Below are positions 30,468-41,295 of a stretch of DNA of 64,000 nucleotides, in pieces; the first letter of the stretch is position 1, and every line of letters starts with the position of its first letter. The stretch spans positions 32,001 through 96,000 of the forward strand of contig CAVTHK010000013.1 in assembly GCA_963734495.1 (NCBI GenBank), given 5' to 3'. The notes under the pieces were generated by a model. It was not told where the DNA came from and did no database searches. It was given only the letters and a program-made list of their open reading frames with translations. The stretch is from an uncultured Spirochaetota bacterium. Lineage in GTDB: Bacteria; Spirochaetota; Spirochaetia; SZUA-6; CAVTHK01. Both the position numbers and the translations under genes were made by a program.

Positions 30468-31215
30468 TCAGGCGCCGCGGCTGCGCGGCAACCAGACGAC
30501 GCGCATGCGGCAGACTTCTCTGTTCTCGGCGAGCTCCACGATCGTGTGCCGCGACTCCGTCCCGTCCGCGACCGTGCGCACGGCGACGGTGTGGCCGATG
30601 AGCGCCTCGGACAGGTAGGCCGCCTCGATCGTCTTGATCTCGCCCCCGGTGAGCCTGTCGGCGGGCTGGCTGTCGAGGACCCATTCGAAGTAGCGCACGT
30701 TGTTGACGTGCCCGTTGATGTCGATGTCCGAGTAGAGGACCTTCCGTTCCTGCTCCTCGCACGGGAGGCGCCGCGGCCTCGATCCGGTCCGGGAGGCCCG
30801 ACACCAGCTCCCGCGGCTCGACTTCGGCCAGCGCGGGCATCACCTGCTGCGGCCGCCTCGGCCGGCGCGAGGCGACGTCGATGATGAGCCAGCCGGTGCT
30901 CGCGCGGCCGCATTCCCTGCCCGCGGCGTCGCGGATCCGGTAGTCCCGCAGCGCGTGCATGCGGCTGACGCCGACCGGCCAGGTCTCCACGAAGACCCGC
31001 TCGCCCCACGCCGGGTAGCGGTCCATCTGCAGGCGCAGCCGCGAAAGCACCCACCCGAGCGGCCCGCCTTCGCGCGGGTCGAGGGACTGGCCCAGCGCGC
31101 TCGCGTGGTTCCACGCGGTCTCCTGCAGGTAGCGCAGCGTCGCGGCCGGCGACAGCCGGCCCGTGGCGTCGGACTCGTAGGACCTCACGACGTACTCGTC
31201 GCACGCGGCTTGCAT
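30468..31215 (-). CDS. Acyl-ACP thioesterase family, frameshifted
   Basis: YVVRSYESD...YLQETA...WVLSR...YSDIDINGHVNNVRYFEW. Confidence 0.87.
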
Positions 31216-31314
31216 GGCTCCAAGGTTACCAGTGCCGCCGCCGGCGCGCCAAGCCGCGTGCCGCCCTGCTCTCGCTTTACTCCCATCGGCCGGAAGACCT
31301 ATCCTGTCCTTCCG

Positions 31315-32259
31315 ATGACGCCCTCCCCCGTCGGCCGGCGCACCGCCGGAATGCTCCTCGTCGCCCTGTCCGCTGCCTCGTTCGGCGCGATGCCGATCTT
31401 CGCCCGCTTCGCCTATGCCGACGGGGTCTCGCCGGTGACGCTCCTCGCCTTCCGCTTTACCCTGGCTTCCGCCGCGATGCTCGTCCTGCAGCGGGTTCGG
31501 CGGCGGCCGATGCCGCGAGGCGCCCGCCTCGTGGGCCTGGTGCTGATGGGAGCCGTCGGCTACGTCGGCCAGTCCCTCTGCTACTTCACGGCGCTGCTTC
31601 ACGCCTCGGCGAGCATGGTCGCGCTGCTGCTCTACCTGTATCCCGCCCTCGTGGCCCTTCTCGCGGCCGCCTGCCTCGGCGAGCGGCTCGCCCCGCCGCG
31701 CCTGGCCGCTCTCGGCCTCGCGCTCGCAGGCACGGTCCTGATCGTGCGGATCGGCGGGTCGACCGACGCGGCAGGGATCCTGCTCGGCATCGGGGCGGCG
31801 GTGATCTACTCCGTCTACATCATCGCGGGCACGCGCCTGGTGCCGGCGGGCGGCGCCACCGAAGCTTCGACCGTGGTGATCGCTTCGGCCGCCGTCGTCT
31901 ACCTCGCCGTCGCGGGTGTCTCGGGCCCGCGCCTGCCCGCCACGGCGGCCGGCTACCTGGCGATCGGGGCCATCGCGATCGTGTCCACGGTCGTGGCGAT
32001 CGTCGCGTTCTTCGCCGGCCTCGATCGCATCGGCCCGACGGCCGCGTCCACGCTCTCGACGCTGGAGCCGGTGATCACCGTGTCCCTGGCGGCCGCGGTC
32101 CTCGGCGAGAAGCTCGCAGCGGCGCAGGCTGCCGGCGGCGTGCTCGTCCTGGCCGCCGTGCTCCTCCTTGCCCGCGCCAGTGGGCTTGAGCGGGCCTCCG
32201 GCCGGTCCGGCGCCGAGGCCGCCGTGACAGCCGGGCCGCGCGGCGGTGCCCGGAAGTAG
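31315..32259 (+). CDS. EamA/DMT family transporter
   Basis: Multi-TM; LLAFRF, LLYLYPALV, ASTLSTLEPV. Confidence 0.9.
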   Translation: MTPSPVGRRTAGMLLVALSAASFGAMPIFARFAYADGVSPVTLLAFRFTLASAAMLVLQRVRRRPMPRGARLVGLVLMGAVGYVGQSLCYFTALLHASASMVALLLYLYPALVALLAAACLGERLAPPRLAALGLALAGTVLIVRIGGSTDAAGILLGIGAAVIYSVYIIAGTRLVPAGGATEASTVVIASAAVVYLAVAGVSGPRLPATAAGYLAIGAIAIVSTVVAIVAFFAGLDRIGPTAASTLSTLEPVITVSLAAAVLGEKLAAAQAAGGVLVLAAVLLLARASGLERASGRSGAEAAVTAGPRGGARK

Positions 32260-32334
32260 CGGCCGCGGCGCGCGAGCCGCGCGAGCGCGCGGGTGACAGC
32301 CGGGTCGCCTTTTTGGTACCTTTATCGTCATAGA

Positions 32335-33498
32335 ATGGGCGGAATCGAGCTCAGACACGTCAGCAAGTCCTTCGGGAAGGTCCGCGCGCTCAGCGACCTG
32401 ACTCTCACGGTCGATGAGCGCGAGTTCCTCACCGTCCTCGGACCCTCCGGGTGCGGCAAGACAACGACGCTTCGCTGCCTCGCCGGCCTGGAGATGCCCG
32501 ACAGCGGCGAAATCTGGATCGATGACCGCTGCGTCTACTCCAGCGACAAGGGGATCGACGTCGCGCCGAGAGACCGGCGGGTTGGGCTGGTGTTCCAGAA
32601 CTACGCGCTTTACCCGCACATGAACGTGTTCAAAAACGTGTCGTTCGGGCTGCGCAACCAGCACGTCCCCAAGCCCGAGATCCTCAGGCGCGTCCGAGAG
32701 GTCCTCGAGATGGTCGGCCTGGTGGGCCTCGAGGAGCGCCGGCCCCGCGAGCTGAGCGGCGGCCAGCAGCAGCGGGTCGCCGTGGCACGCATGGTCGTGA
32801 GCCGGCCGGGCATCTTCCTCTTCGACGAGCCTCTCTCGAACCTGGACGTCAAGCTGCGCGTCGCGCTGCGGGCGGAGCTCAAGCACATGCACGACCGCCT
32901 CGGCGTGACGTCGATCTACGTGACCCACGACCAGCAGGAGGCGATGAGCCTCTCGGACCGCATCGTGGTGATGAACTACGGCGCCATCGAGCAGATCGGG
33001 ACCCCGAAGGAGATCTACAGCTTTCCGGGGACGCTGTTCGTCGCGCAATTCACGGGCAATCCCCGGACCAACCTGGTGGAGGGCTCGATGCGCCGCGTCG
33101 GCGGCGAGACGGCGGTCATGCCGCGGCTCAACAGCCGGGTGCTCGTGCCCATCGACGGGGAGCCGCGGATCGAGCACGGCCGCGACGTGATCCTGAACGT
33201 CAGGCCCGAGGACGTGATCCTCGACCTCTTCCCGGGGCCCCAGGATCTTCACTTCCAGGTGTACGCCTACCTCGATTCAGGCGCCGACGCCCTGATCTAC
33301 CTGCGGTCGGCCGACAACAGCCAGGTGGTCCTCAGGGCGCGCAGCGCCGAGCACCAGGGCCTGGAGATTGGACGCGAGGTGGGCGTGCGCTTCCGCAGGG
33401 GGAACCTCTTCGACGCCGACACGCAGCAGCTCCTGGACTCCTTTGGCTACGCGCAGGCGCTCGACGGCCCCGCGGACCGGACCCGGCTCACGGGCTGA
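32335..33498 (+). CDS. Sugar ABC transporter ATP-binding protein (MalK/UgpC-like)
   Basis: GPSGCGKTT, VFQNYALYPHM, LSGGQQQR, DEPLSNLD, YVTHDQ. Confidence 0.93.
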   Translation: MGGIELRHVSKSFGKVRALSDLTLTVDEREFLTVLGPSGCGKTTTLRCLAGLEMPDSGEIWIDDRCVYSSDKGIDVAPRDRRVGLVFQNYALYPHMNVFKNVSFGLRNQHVPKPEILRRVREVLEMVGLVGLEERRPRELSGGQQQRVAVARMVVSRPGIFLFDEPLSNLDVKLRVALRAELKHMHDRLGVTSIYVTHDQQEAMSLSDRIVVMNYGAIEQIGTPKEIYSFPGTLFVAQFTGNPRTNLVEGSMRRVGGETAVMPRLNSRVLVPIDGEPRIEHGRDVILNVRPEDVILDLFPGPQDLHFQVYAYLDSGADALIYLRSADNSQVVLRARSAEHQGLEIGREVGVRFRRGNLFDADTQQLLDSFGYAQALDGPADRTRLTG

Positions 33499-33588
33499 GC
33501 CAGGCGGCGCGGGCCGGTCGAAACCGGCTTTTCTGTACAAAGCGCGCGGCTCCGGCTAAAATCCCTCGATCGACCCGGGAGGTGGGAC

Positions 33589-34467
33589 ATGAGCATCGTT
33601 TCCTGCCGCGAGATGCTGCTGGCCGCCACGGCGGAGCGATACGCCGTGGGCGCCTTCAACGTGACCAACATCATCCAGATGGAGGCCGTCGTCGAGGCGG
33701 CCGTGCAGAAGAGGGCGCCGCTGATCCTGCAGACCTCGGTCAGCCCCGCGCGTTTCCTCGGCCTCGAAGTGATCGTGGCGGCCTACAGGGCGATCGCGTC
33801 GGGCGCGCCCGTGCCGATCGCGCTGCACCTCGACCACTGCGCCGACGTCGTGTTCTGCAAGCGCTGCGTCGACGCGGGCTACACGAACATCATGATGGAC
33901 GGCTCGCAGCTCGATTTCGAAGGCAACGTGCGCGTCACCAAAGAGGTCGCGGACTACGCCCACCGCCGCGAAGGGATCTCGGTGGAGGGCGAGCTCGGCA
34001 CCGTCTCCGGCGTCGAGGACCAGGTCAAGGTGGCCGAGGACGAGAGCAAGCTCTGCGACCCAGCCAAGGCCGGCGAGTACGTCGAGCGCACGGGCATCGA
34101 CCTGTTCGCGCCCGCGATCGGCACGGCCCACGGGGTCTACAAGACGGAGAACCCGAAGATCGACTTCGACCGCCTGGGGAAGATCGCGGGCGATCTCAAC
34201 GGCCGCGGCGCCCGCGTTCCGCTGGTTGTGCACGGGGGAACCGGGCTCAAGCCCGAGGTGGTGCGCAAGCTCGTGAGCCTCGGCGGCTCCAAGTTCAACG
34301 TGTCCACGGAGCTCAAGCACGTGCTCATCGACACGACCTGGCAGTACCTCTCGACGCACCGCGACGAGTACGACCCGGGCAAGGTCGACCGCGCCGCGCG
34401 CGAGGCGACCATCAAGGCCGTCGGCGCCTGGATCGACCTGCTGGGCAGCGCCGGCAAGGCCGTGTAG
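33589..34467 (+). CDS. Class II fructose/tagatose-bisphosphate aldolase
   Basis: AVGAFN, LHLDH, MMDGS, VEGELG, IGTAHGVY, VHGGTG, KFNVST. Confidence 0.92.
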   Translation: MSIVSCREMLLAATAERYAVGAFNVTNIIQMEAVVEAAVQKRAPLILQTSVSPARFLGLEVIVAAYRAIASGAPVPIALHLDHCADVVFCKRCVDAGYTNIMMDGSQLDFEGNVRVTKEVADYAHRREGISVEGELGTVSGVEDQVKVAEDESKLCDPAKAGEYVERTGIDLFAPAIGTAHGVYKTENPKIDFDRLGKIAGDLNGRGARVPLVVHGGTGLKPEVVRKLVSLGGSKFNVSTELKHVLIDTTWQYLSTHRDEYDPGKVDRAAREATIKAVGAWIDLLGSAGKAV

Positions 34468-34476
34468 AGCGCCGCC

Positions 34477-35394
34477 GTGGGACGATTTGCGTCGCGCCTC
34501 TCGGGAGTGTTCGCTCCGGTCGTCACGCCCTTCCGCGGGGACGAGCTCGACCTCGAAGGCCTGCGCGCCAACCTGCGCGCGCTCCGCTCGTCGCCGCTCG
34601 CGGGCTGCTTCGCCCTCGGCTCCAACGCAGAGGCGCGCAGCCTCGCCTGGGACGAGCACCTGCGGGTCATGGAGGTCTTCGCGGCCGAAGTCGCCGACCG
34701 GGTGGTGATGGTCGGCGCGGGCTGCGAATCGACGCGCGAGACGATCGCCCGCGCCCGCGAGATCGGCCGCATGGGGTTCGCGTTCGCGAGCGTCATCACG
34801 CCGGCGTACTTCGCGTCGCGCATGAACGACGAAGCGCTCGAGGCCCACTATCGGCTGGTGGCCGACTCTTCGCCGGTGCCGATCCTCATCTACAACGCGC
34901 CGGGCTTCGCGGGAGGCGTCAACGTGTCCGCCGCCGTCGTGCGCAGGCTCGCGGGCCACGGCAACGTCGCCGGCGTCAAGGACTCGGCCCCCGCGGGGCC
35001 GGGCCGCTATCTCGCCGCGCTGGACAGGGACGCCGACTTCTGCGTCCTCGCCGGGTCGGTGGCCTTCTTCTACCCCTCTCTGGTCCTGGGGGCGACGGGC
35101 GGCGTCCTCTCGCTCGCGAACTCGCTTCCGGCCGAGTGCGCCAGTCTCCATGACCTGGCGCGCGCGGGGCGCCACGCCGAAGCGCGCACCCTGCACGAAC
35201 GCCTGGTGCGCCTCAACGGGGTCTCCTCGGACCGCTACGGCGTGGCCGGGGTCAAGGCGCTGATGGACCTCGTCGGCTTCGTCGGGGGCGACCCGCGGCG
35301 GCCTCTGGTGCCGCTCACGGCGGACCAGAGGGCCGAGATGGCGAAAGCGCTGGAGCGCGAGGGCGTGGTGCTCGCAGGGGGGAAACGACCGTGA
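34477..35394 (+). CDS. DapA/NAL-family aldolase (HOGA-like)
   Basis: VVTPF, GSNAE, LIYNAP, GVKDS. Confidence 0.87.
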   Translation: MGRFASRLSGVFAPVVTPFRGDELDLEGLRANLRALRSSPLAGCFALGSNAEARSLAWDEHLRVMEVFAAEVADRVVMVGAGCESTRETIARAREIGRMGFAFASVITPAYFASRMNDEALEAHYRLVADSSPVPILIYNAPGFAGGVNVSAAVVRRLAGHGNVAGVKDSAPAGPGRYLAALDRDADFCVLAGSVAFFYPSLVLGATGGVLSLANSLPAECASLHDLARAGRHAEARTLHERLVRLNGVSSDRYGVAGVKALMDLVGFVGGDPRRPLVPLTADQRAEMAKALEREGVVLAGGKRP

Positions 35395-36791
35395 GCGGCG
35401 GGACGAGGCGGGCCGATGGCATGACGATCCTGGCGGTGGACATCGGAACGACCGCCATGAAGATGGGGGTCTATCGCGCAACCGATGCCGGCGCGGTGCA
35501 GGCTGCGGCCCCGCAGGGGGGGCTCGAGCTCGCCGCATCCTGGTCGCAGGACTACGCGATCAACACCTACAACGACGGGACGTTCGGCGACATCGAGCCG
35601 GAGAAATGGCGCGACGCCATGACGCGGGGCTGCCGCGAGCTCGCGGAGTGGATGCCGTCAATCGACGCCGTCTCGCTCTCCGGCACGACGCCCGGGCTCA
35701 CGGCCATGGACGACGGGGGCGAAGCGCTGGTGCCCGCGATTCTCATGCTGGACCAGAGATCGCGCTCCCAGGCGGCGGAGATCATCTCGCGCGTCGGGCT
35801 GGAGCGGCTTCTGGAGAAGACCGCGAACATGCCCGTGGCCGGCGGGTGCTCGCTCGCGAGCATCCTGTGGATCCGCGACAACGCGCCGGAAGCCTACGAC
35901 AAGGCGGCCTGCTTCGGCCATTCGAACACTTTCGTGGCCCGCTGGCTCACCGGATCCTTCGCCATCGATCCTTCGTCGGCGTCGCTCACGGCCCTCTACA
36001 ACACGGCGGCCAACGACCTGACCTGGAACACCGACATCGCCTCCGAGTTCGGGCTCGAGCCCGGGAAGCTGCCGCGCCTGCTCGCGTCCTCTGAGAGCGC
36101 GGGGCGTGTGCTCGCGCCGGTGGCCCGCGAGCTGGGGCTCGCCCGGCGGCCGCCGGTGATCATCGGGGGAAACGACGCGGTCCTCGCGGCCTATTCGGCG
36201 GGCTGCAACGAGCCTGGCCAGGTGATCAACGTCAACGGCACCTGCGAGATCACGCTCGTGTGCCTGCCGAAGTGCTACCCGTCGCGCAACTACAACATCC
36301 GGGCCCACGCGCTGCCCGGCCGCTGGCTCACGCTTTACGTCATGAACGCCGGCGGGATAGCGCTCGAGTGGTTCCGCGGGGTCTTCTGCAGGGACATGAG
36401 CGAGAGGCAGTTCTTTGACGACTTTCTCGCGCGCGCCATCGACCGGTGGCTCGACCGCGAGAGCTCGGTGCGCTACGTGCCCTTCCTCCTCGGCTCGCGC
36501 TACTCGCTGGAGCCGCTCCGCGCCGATTTCACCGGGATGGGCCAGGAGACCACGCGCGAGGAGCTCGCGGCCGCCCTGGTGAGGGGCCTCGCGGAGTACC
36601 AGAGGGAGCACCTCAAGGAGATCTCGCTCGAGGTGCCGCTCGCGCCGGTCATCACGGTCACGGGCGGCGCCGTGGACCCGGCTATGGTGCGGGCCAAGGA
36701 GCGCTGGATGCGCGCCTGCGACTACGTGTACGTCGATCAGTCGTCGCTGCGGGGCGCGGCGATGCTTGCCCGGGAGCACCTCTCGCGCTGA
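35391..36791 (+). CDS. FGGY-family carbohydrate kinase
   Basis: AVDIGTTAMK, LDQRS, IIGGND, PFLLGSR, VTGG. Confidence 0.88.
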   Translation: MSGGTRRADGMTILAVDIGTTAMKMGVYRATDAGAVQAAAPQGGLELAASWSQDYAINTYNDGTFGDIEPEKWRDAMTRGCRELAEWMPSIDAVSLSGTTPGLTAMDDGGEALVPAILMLDQRSRSQAAEIISRVGLERLLEKTANMPVAGGCSLASILWIRDNAPEAYDKAACFGHSNTFVARWLTGSFAIDPSSASLTALYNTAANDLTWNTDIASEFGLEPGKLPRLLASSESAGRVLAPVARELGLARRPPVIIGGNDAVLAAYSAGCNEPGQVINVNGTCEITLVCLPKCYPSRNYNIRAHALPGRWLTLYVMNAGGIALEWFRGVFCRDMSERQFFDDFLARAIDRWLDRESSVRYVPFLLGSRYSLEPLRADFTGMGQETTREELAAALVRGLAEYQREHLKEISLEVPLAPVITVTGGAVDPAMVRAKERWMRACDYVYVDQSSLRGAAMLAREHLSR

Positions 36792-36819
36792 CGCGCTTGT
36801 CGGGGCTGCGCGCGGACGA

Positions 36820-37971
36820 TCACCGCGCGGCCGGCGTCGCCCCGGCGGGGCGCGGCAGCGGGCAGGCCCCTTCGGCCTCGAGCAGCTCGACGATCCAGGC
36901 CACCCGCTCGATCAGCGAATCGGGCATCACGTTGTCGGCCACTCCCAGGATGAAGGCCTCCCCCGGCGCAACCACCTCCAGCACGCGGCGCACGTACGCG
37001 CGGAAGCTCTCTTCCGGCCACGACGGCGAGAGGATCACCGAAGGGATGCCGCCCCAGAGGATGACTCTGTCCCCGAAGGCGCGGCGCGTCTGCTCGAGGG
37101 TCAGCGGAACCATCGGCGCCGTCACGAAGCACTCGAGCACGTCCCAGCCCGCCCGCCGCACCAGCGGCAGCAGCAGCGAGAGATCGGCGTCGGCATGCAT
37201 CGCGAGGACCTTGCCCGCGCCGTGCAGGCGCGGCGCGAAGTCCTCGTAGTACGGGAGGATCCAGCGCTCGAAAAGCGGCGGCGGCGTCATCTGCGACGAG
37301 ATGTGCGATCCGTGGTTCACGAAGCGCGCGGGAGAGCTCTCGATCGCGGGCCAGAGCCGCTCGCGGTGGATCCGGTCGGCCACGCCGACGAGGCTCTCGA
37401 CGAGCTGCGGCTCGTCCGCGATGTGGTAGTAGGCGTGCTCGTAGCCTGCCAGCTTCTGCAGGAATGTGTGGAACGGCACGTCGCCCACCGTCACCAGCGG
37501 CAACCCGCGATCGGCAATTGCGCGGTCGTAGCGCTCGTACTCCCGCGGGCAAGGGGCCCACGACGTCGCTTCGAGAACGTATTCCCAGGTCCGGTAGTCC
37601 TGAGGCGACTTGAGCGGGTACTCCTCGACCAGGCTCGCCATGCCCGCCTGCGCCACGAGCATGGGCTTGCGGACGACGGTGCGGGCGGTGCCGACGGGCG
37701 TGCGGTACTCCGTGACCGTGCGGTCCCCGGCGACGCGCTGCACGACCTCCACGCCGTCGTAGATCTCGTCAAAGACCTTCGCGCCTCGCGCGGGCGCGAC
37801 GACCCCGAGAGCGTCCTCCACTTCCGCGAGCTTCATGCCGCGGAAGCGGGCCGGCAGCGAGCCCGACGCCGCCCGCCCCGCGAGCCACAGCTCGAGCCTC
37901 GGCGAAAAGGGGACCCGGTCCGGCAGCCGTCGCTCGAGAACGGCCAGCATGCGCTCCCTGCGGGTCAGCAC
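36820..37971 (-). CDS. Uroporphyrinogen decarboxylase-fold protein (URO-D/MtaA-CmuA family)
   Basis: TRRERML...PDRVPF, EYPLKSPQDY, MHADAD, LWGGIPS, GVADNV. Confidence 0.8.
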   Translation of the reverse strand: MLTRRERMLAVLERRLPDRVPFSPRLELWLAGRAASGSLPARFRGMKLAEVEDALGVVAPARGAKVFDEIYDGVEVVQRVAGDRTVTEYRTPVGTARTVVRKPMLVAQAGMASLVEEYPLKSPQDYRTWEYVLEATSWAPCPREYERYDRAIADRGLPLVTVGDVPFHTFLQKLAGYEHAYYHIADEPQLVESLVGVADRIHRERLWPAIESSPARFVNHGSHISSQMTPPPLFERWILPYYEDFAPRLHGAGKVLAMHADADLSLLLPLVRRAGWDVLECFVTAPMVPLTLEQTRRAFGDRVILWGGIPSVILSPSWPEESFRAYVRRVLEVVAPGEAFILGVADNVMPDSLIERVAWIVELLEAEGACPLPRPAGATPAAR

Positions 37972-37973
37972 GG

Positions 37974-38711
37974 TCAGGCCGCCCCCCGCGCGCCGGGCTG
38001 CCGCGAGCGGCGATAGAACTCCTCGAGAGTGATCCTCTCCGGGTCCACCCCGATCTTGCGCATGGTCACGACCAGCTCCTGCAGGACGGCCCTGGTGCCG
38101 TTGTTGTGCGCGGCCACGGCGGCGCGCGCTTCGGCGAGGTTGCGCGAGCGCAGCGCGGCGATGACGGCGAGGTGCTCGCCGAGCGTCTCTTCGGGCGGGC
38201 GGACGAGCCCGCCCATGAACGAGCGGTTGAAGACCTGGAAGCTCTCGTTGACCTTGCGCGCGAGGCTGTTGGAGCACAGGTCGAGCATGGCGAAGTGGAA
38301 CCGGACGTCGGCCCTCCGGTATCGCTCGGCATCGATGGCCCCGGATCGGGCGCGGAAGGGCTCGAAGATCCGCTCCAGCCGGCGCATGTCGCCGTCGGAT
38401 GCCGAGGCGACGATCTCGGTGACGATCATCGTGTCCAGGGCCTCGCGGAGGGCGAAGAGGTCGAGGAGCTCCTTGACGGTGATCTGGTGAACGAAGAACC
38501 CCGTGTGGGGAATGTTGTCGACGAGCCCCTCGGACTCCAGCTTGTGCAGCGCGTTGACCACCGGCGTCCGGCTGATCTTCATTTCCTCGGCCATGGCATT
38601 CTGGTTGATCTTGCTGCCGGGGGGGATGCGCTTGTTGACGATGAAGGTCCTGATCTGCCCGTAGACCCAGGCGGTCGTCTTTCCCCGCTTCAGCTCGGCA
38701 CTATTTTGCAT
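37974..38711 (-). CDS. GntR (FCD) transcriptional regulator
   Basis: ISRTPVVNALHKLESEGLV HTH; FCD motifs DVRFH and EHLAVIAAL. Confidence 0.92.
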   Translation of the reverse strand: MQNSAELKRGKTTAWVYGQIRTFIVNKRIPPGSKINQNAMAEEMKISRTPVVNALHKLESEGLVDNIPHTGFFVHQITVKELLDLFALREALDTMIVTEIVASASDGDMRRLERIFEPFRARSGAIDAERYRRADVRFHFAMLDLCSNSLARKVNESFQVFNRSFMGGLVRPPEETLGEHLAVIAALRSRNLAEARAAVAAHNNGTRAVLQELVVTMRKIGVDPERITLEEFYRRSRQPGARGAA

Positions 38712-38768
38712 ACAATTCCGCGAGATTGCTCTCGAGGTCAATATAGAGACGGGCGCGCTCCCTGTCAA
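38706..38768 (-). promoter_or_regulatory. gntR promoter and candidate operator
   Basis: Minus strand TTGACA (38763-38768), 17 nt, TATATT (38740-38745); near-palindrome TTGTATGCAA (38706-38715) spanning the ATG. Confidence 0.65.
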
Positions 38769-38919
38769 AGCAGATCCCACGGGGCGGGCGCGGCAGGGCG
38801 GCCCCGCCCGGCCGCGCCCGCCGACCCGGCAGCCCCGCGCGGCGCCCTCCGGCCCTGCCCGCCGACCCGGCCGTCACGCCCGGCGTCCCCCGGGCAGCGC
38901 CCCAGCCGCCCCGGCCCCC

Positions 38920-39690
38920 CTACCAGACCGAGTAGCCGCCGTCGATGACGACGTTGGCGCCCGTCATGAAGCTGGAGGCGTCGGAAGCGAGAAACACCGC
39001 GAGGGGGCCGAGCTCCTCGGGCCTGCCCGGCCTCTTGAGCGGAGTCCAGTCGAGCCACATGCCGCCGTGCTTCGGGTCCTCGAAGAACGGCCGCGCCATC
39101 GGAGTGTCCATGTACCCCGGCGAGATGGCGTTGACGCGGATGTTCCAGGGCGCCCACTCGGCGGCCAGGCTCTTCGTGAGGTGGATCACCGCGGCCTTGG
39201 AGGTGTTGTATGAAGTCTGGGCCTGCGGACGGTTGACGATCACGCCGGACATCGAGGCGATGTTGATGATGCTCCCCCCGCCGTCCGTCTTCATCCGGCG
39301 CGCCGCCTCCTGGGAGCAGAAGAAGACCCCGTTCAGGTTGACGTCGAACACTTCGCGCCAGTCGGCCTCCGGCACGTCCTCGGCCGCGCCCCACTTCGTG
39401 ATCCCGGCGTTGTTGACGAGGACGTCGACGCGGCCGAAGCGGCGCACCGTCTCCGCGACCATCGCGGCCACGCTCTCGCGCCGCCTCACGTCGGTGGCCA
39501 CGGCGATCGCCTCGCCGCCCAGGCCGCGCACCTCCGCGGCCGTGCGCTCTCCCGTGTCGGGGTTCAGCTCCGCCAGCGCGACGCGCGCGCCGGCTTCGGC
39601 GAGGCTCAGGGCGAAGACGCGCCCCAGGCCCTGCCCGCCCCCCGTGACGATGGCCGTGCGCCCCTGGAGCGAGAACTTGTCGAGCACCAC
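38920..39690 (-). CDS. SDR family sugar/polyol dehydrogenase
   Basis: TGGGQGLG, NNAG, ASMSG...YNTSK, VNAISPGY; GGAGG RBS. Confidence 0.92.
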   Translation of the reverse strand: MVLDKFSLQGRTAIVTGGGQGLGRVFALSLAEAGARVALAELNPDTGERTAAEVRGLGGEAIAVATDVRRRESVAAMVAETVRRFGRVDVLVNNAGITKWGAAEDVPEADWREVFDVNLNGVFFCSQEAARRMKTDGGGSIINIASMSGVIVNRPQAQTSYNTSKAAVIHLTKSLAAEWAPWNIRVNAISPGYMDTPMARPFFEDPKHGGMWLDWTPLKRPGRPEELGPLAVFLASDASSFMTGANVVIDGGYSVW

Positions 39691-39703
39691 CGCAACCTCC
39701 GTG

Positions 39704-40282
39704 TCACTTGCGCCTCGCGCCCAGGATGAGCACGTCCTGCCGCGGAACGTCTGCGAACGGACCCACCCTCGTGGTGGGCACCGACACGATCCGGTCCACG
39801 ACGTCCATGCCCTCGATGACCTTGCCGAAGACGGCGTAGCCATAGTCGCTCGCCGAGCGTCCGCGGTGGTCCAGCGCACGGTTGTCGGCCACGTTGAGGA
39901 AGAACTGGCTGGTCGCGCTGTTCACGTCCTGCGTCCGCGCCATCGAGATCGTGCCCCTGGCGTTGATCAGGCCGTTGGCGGCCTCGTTGCGGATCGGCGC
40001 CCTGGTCGGCTTTTCCTTGAAGCCCGGCTCGTACCCGCCGCCCTGGATGACGAACCCGGGAATCACGCGGTGGAAGAGCGTGTTCGCGTAGAAGCCGCTG
40101 TCGACGTAGCCGAGGAAATTCCTGACCGTGTCCGGCGCCTTGGCCGGGTCGAGCTCCAGCGTTATGGAGCCGAGGCTCGTCTCGAGGACCACGTCGACCG
40201 GCGCCGGTTTGGCGCAGCCATCCGCAGCCGCGAGCGCGGCGATCACAGCAAAGGCCTCGAGGGCCCGCAATCCCGAACGCAT
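39704..40282 (-). CDS. ppiA: Cyclophilin-type peptidyl-prolyl isomerase with signal-like N-terminus
   Basis: [33 protein letters not shown]. Confidence 0.92.
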   Translation of the reverse strand: MRSGLRALEAFAVIAALAAADGCAKPAPVDVVLETSLGSITLELDPAKAPDTVRNFLGYVDSGFYANTLFHRVIPGFVIQGGGYEPGFKEKPTRAPIRNEAANGLINARGTISMARTQDVNSATSQFFLNVADNRALDHRGRSASDYGYAVFGKVIEGMDVVDRIVSVPTTRVGPFADVPRQDVLILGARRK

Positions 40283-40300
40283 GAACTCTCCTTCATCCCG

Positions 40301-41260
40301 CTACAGCTCCGACAGGAAGCTCAGGATACGATCCGCGGAGCCCGGCAGCGCCTCGTGGCCGAAATCCGGGTAGATGATCATCCGCTTCTTCGAAACGATC
40401 CGGTTGTACGCCGCGAACTGGGTCGACGGCGGACAGACGTCGTCGAGCAGACAGGTGGTCATCAGGACCTCGGCCCGGATCCGCGGACAGAGGTGCTGAA
40501 CGTCGATGTAGCCAAGGCGCGTGAACAGCTCCTCCTCGCGCTCGTGCGTGGGGTCGAAGAGCCGGAAGTGCTTCTTGAGCTCCCCGTACGCCTTTTCGGC
40601 GAGGTCCATCTCCCAGACGCGCTTGTAGTCGCATAGAAAGGGGTAGACCGGCGCGGCCCGGGCGACACGCGGCTCGAGCGCCGCGCACGCAAGCGTGAGC
40701 CCGCCCCCCTGAGAGCCGCCGGTGGCGCCGACCCGCTTCTCGTCGACCTCGTCCATGGCCATCACGATGCGCGCGAGCTGGGCCGTGTCCAGAAACAGCG
40801 CGCGGTAGAGCAGCTTGTCCGGGGCGTCTTCGAGCCCGCGCACGATGTGGCCCGCCTGGGTGTTTCCGGCGACGCCTCCGACGTCCTCGGAGAGGCCGCC
40901 CTGGCCGCGGCAATCGAGCGCGGCCACGCTCGCCCCCAGCGCCACGTACGGCAGCTTGTCGCTCCAGTCGCCCGAGCTCATCGTGTAGCCGTGAAACATC
41001 AGGACCGCCGGGTGAGGCCCCGCGGTGCGCTTCGGGCGGAGGTACTTGGCGTGCACCCGCGCCCCGCCGGCTCCGCGGAACCACAGGTGGAAGCACTCCG
41101 CAAACGGCACCTGGAGCTCGGCGGGCTCCAGGCGCGCCTCGGTGCCGAGCGAGTCGAGCTCGGCGAGCGCGCGCGCCCAGTACGCGTCGAAATCGTCGGG
41201 CCGTGGATTGATGCCCTGGTACCGCCGCAATTCCTCGAGAGGCTTGTCGAGCATCGGCAT
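40301..41260 (-). CDS. Acetylxylan esterase (CE7/AXE1)
   Basis: [15 protein letters not shown] motif, [23 protein letters not shown]. Confidence 0.92.
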   Translation of the reverse strand: MPMLDKPLEELRRYQGINPRPDDFDAYWARALAELDSLGTEARLEPAELQVPFAECFHLWFRGAGGARVHAKYLRPKRTAGPHPAVLMFHGYTMSSGDWSDKLPYVALGASVAALDCRGQGGLSEDVGGVAGNTQAGHIVRGLEDAPDKLLYRALFLDTAQLARIVMAMDEVDEKRVGATGGSQGGGLTLACAALEPRVARAAPVYPFLCDYKRVWEMDLAEKAYGELKKHFRLFDPTHEREEELFTRLGYIDVQHLCPRIRAEVLMTTCLLDDVCPPSTQFAAYNRIVSKKRMIIYPDFGHEALPGSADRILSFLSEL

Positions 41261-41295
41261 GGCAGCGTTTCCCTCCTGGCCGGCCGGTGACCGGG

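Noticed and set aside
30193-33252. Very long antisense ORFs (also 4443..6344, 45363..49016 and others)
   Set aside because: Stop-poor shadow frames typical of high-GC coding DNA, rich in R/A/G/P and without motifs except where they briefly pick up real frameshifted genes.
38770-38919. Functional element in the GC-rich spacer (GCCCGCCGACCCGGC at 38816 and 38857)
   Set aside because: Near-pure GC low-complexity sequence where short repeats are expected by chance.
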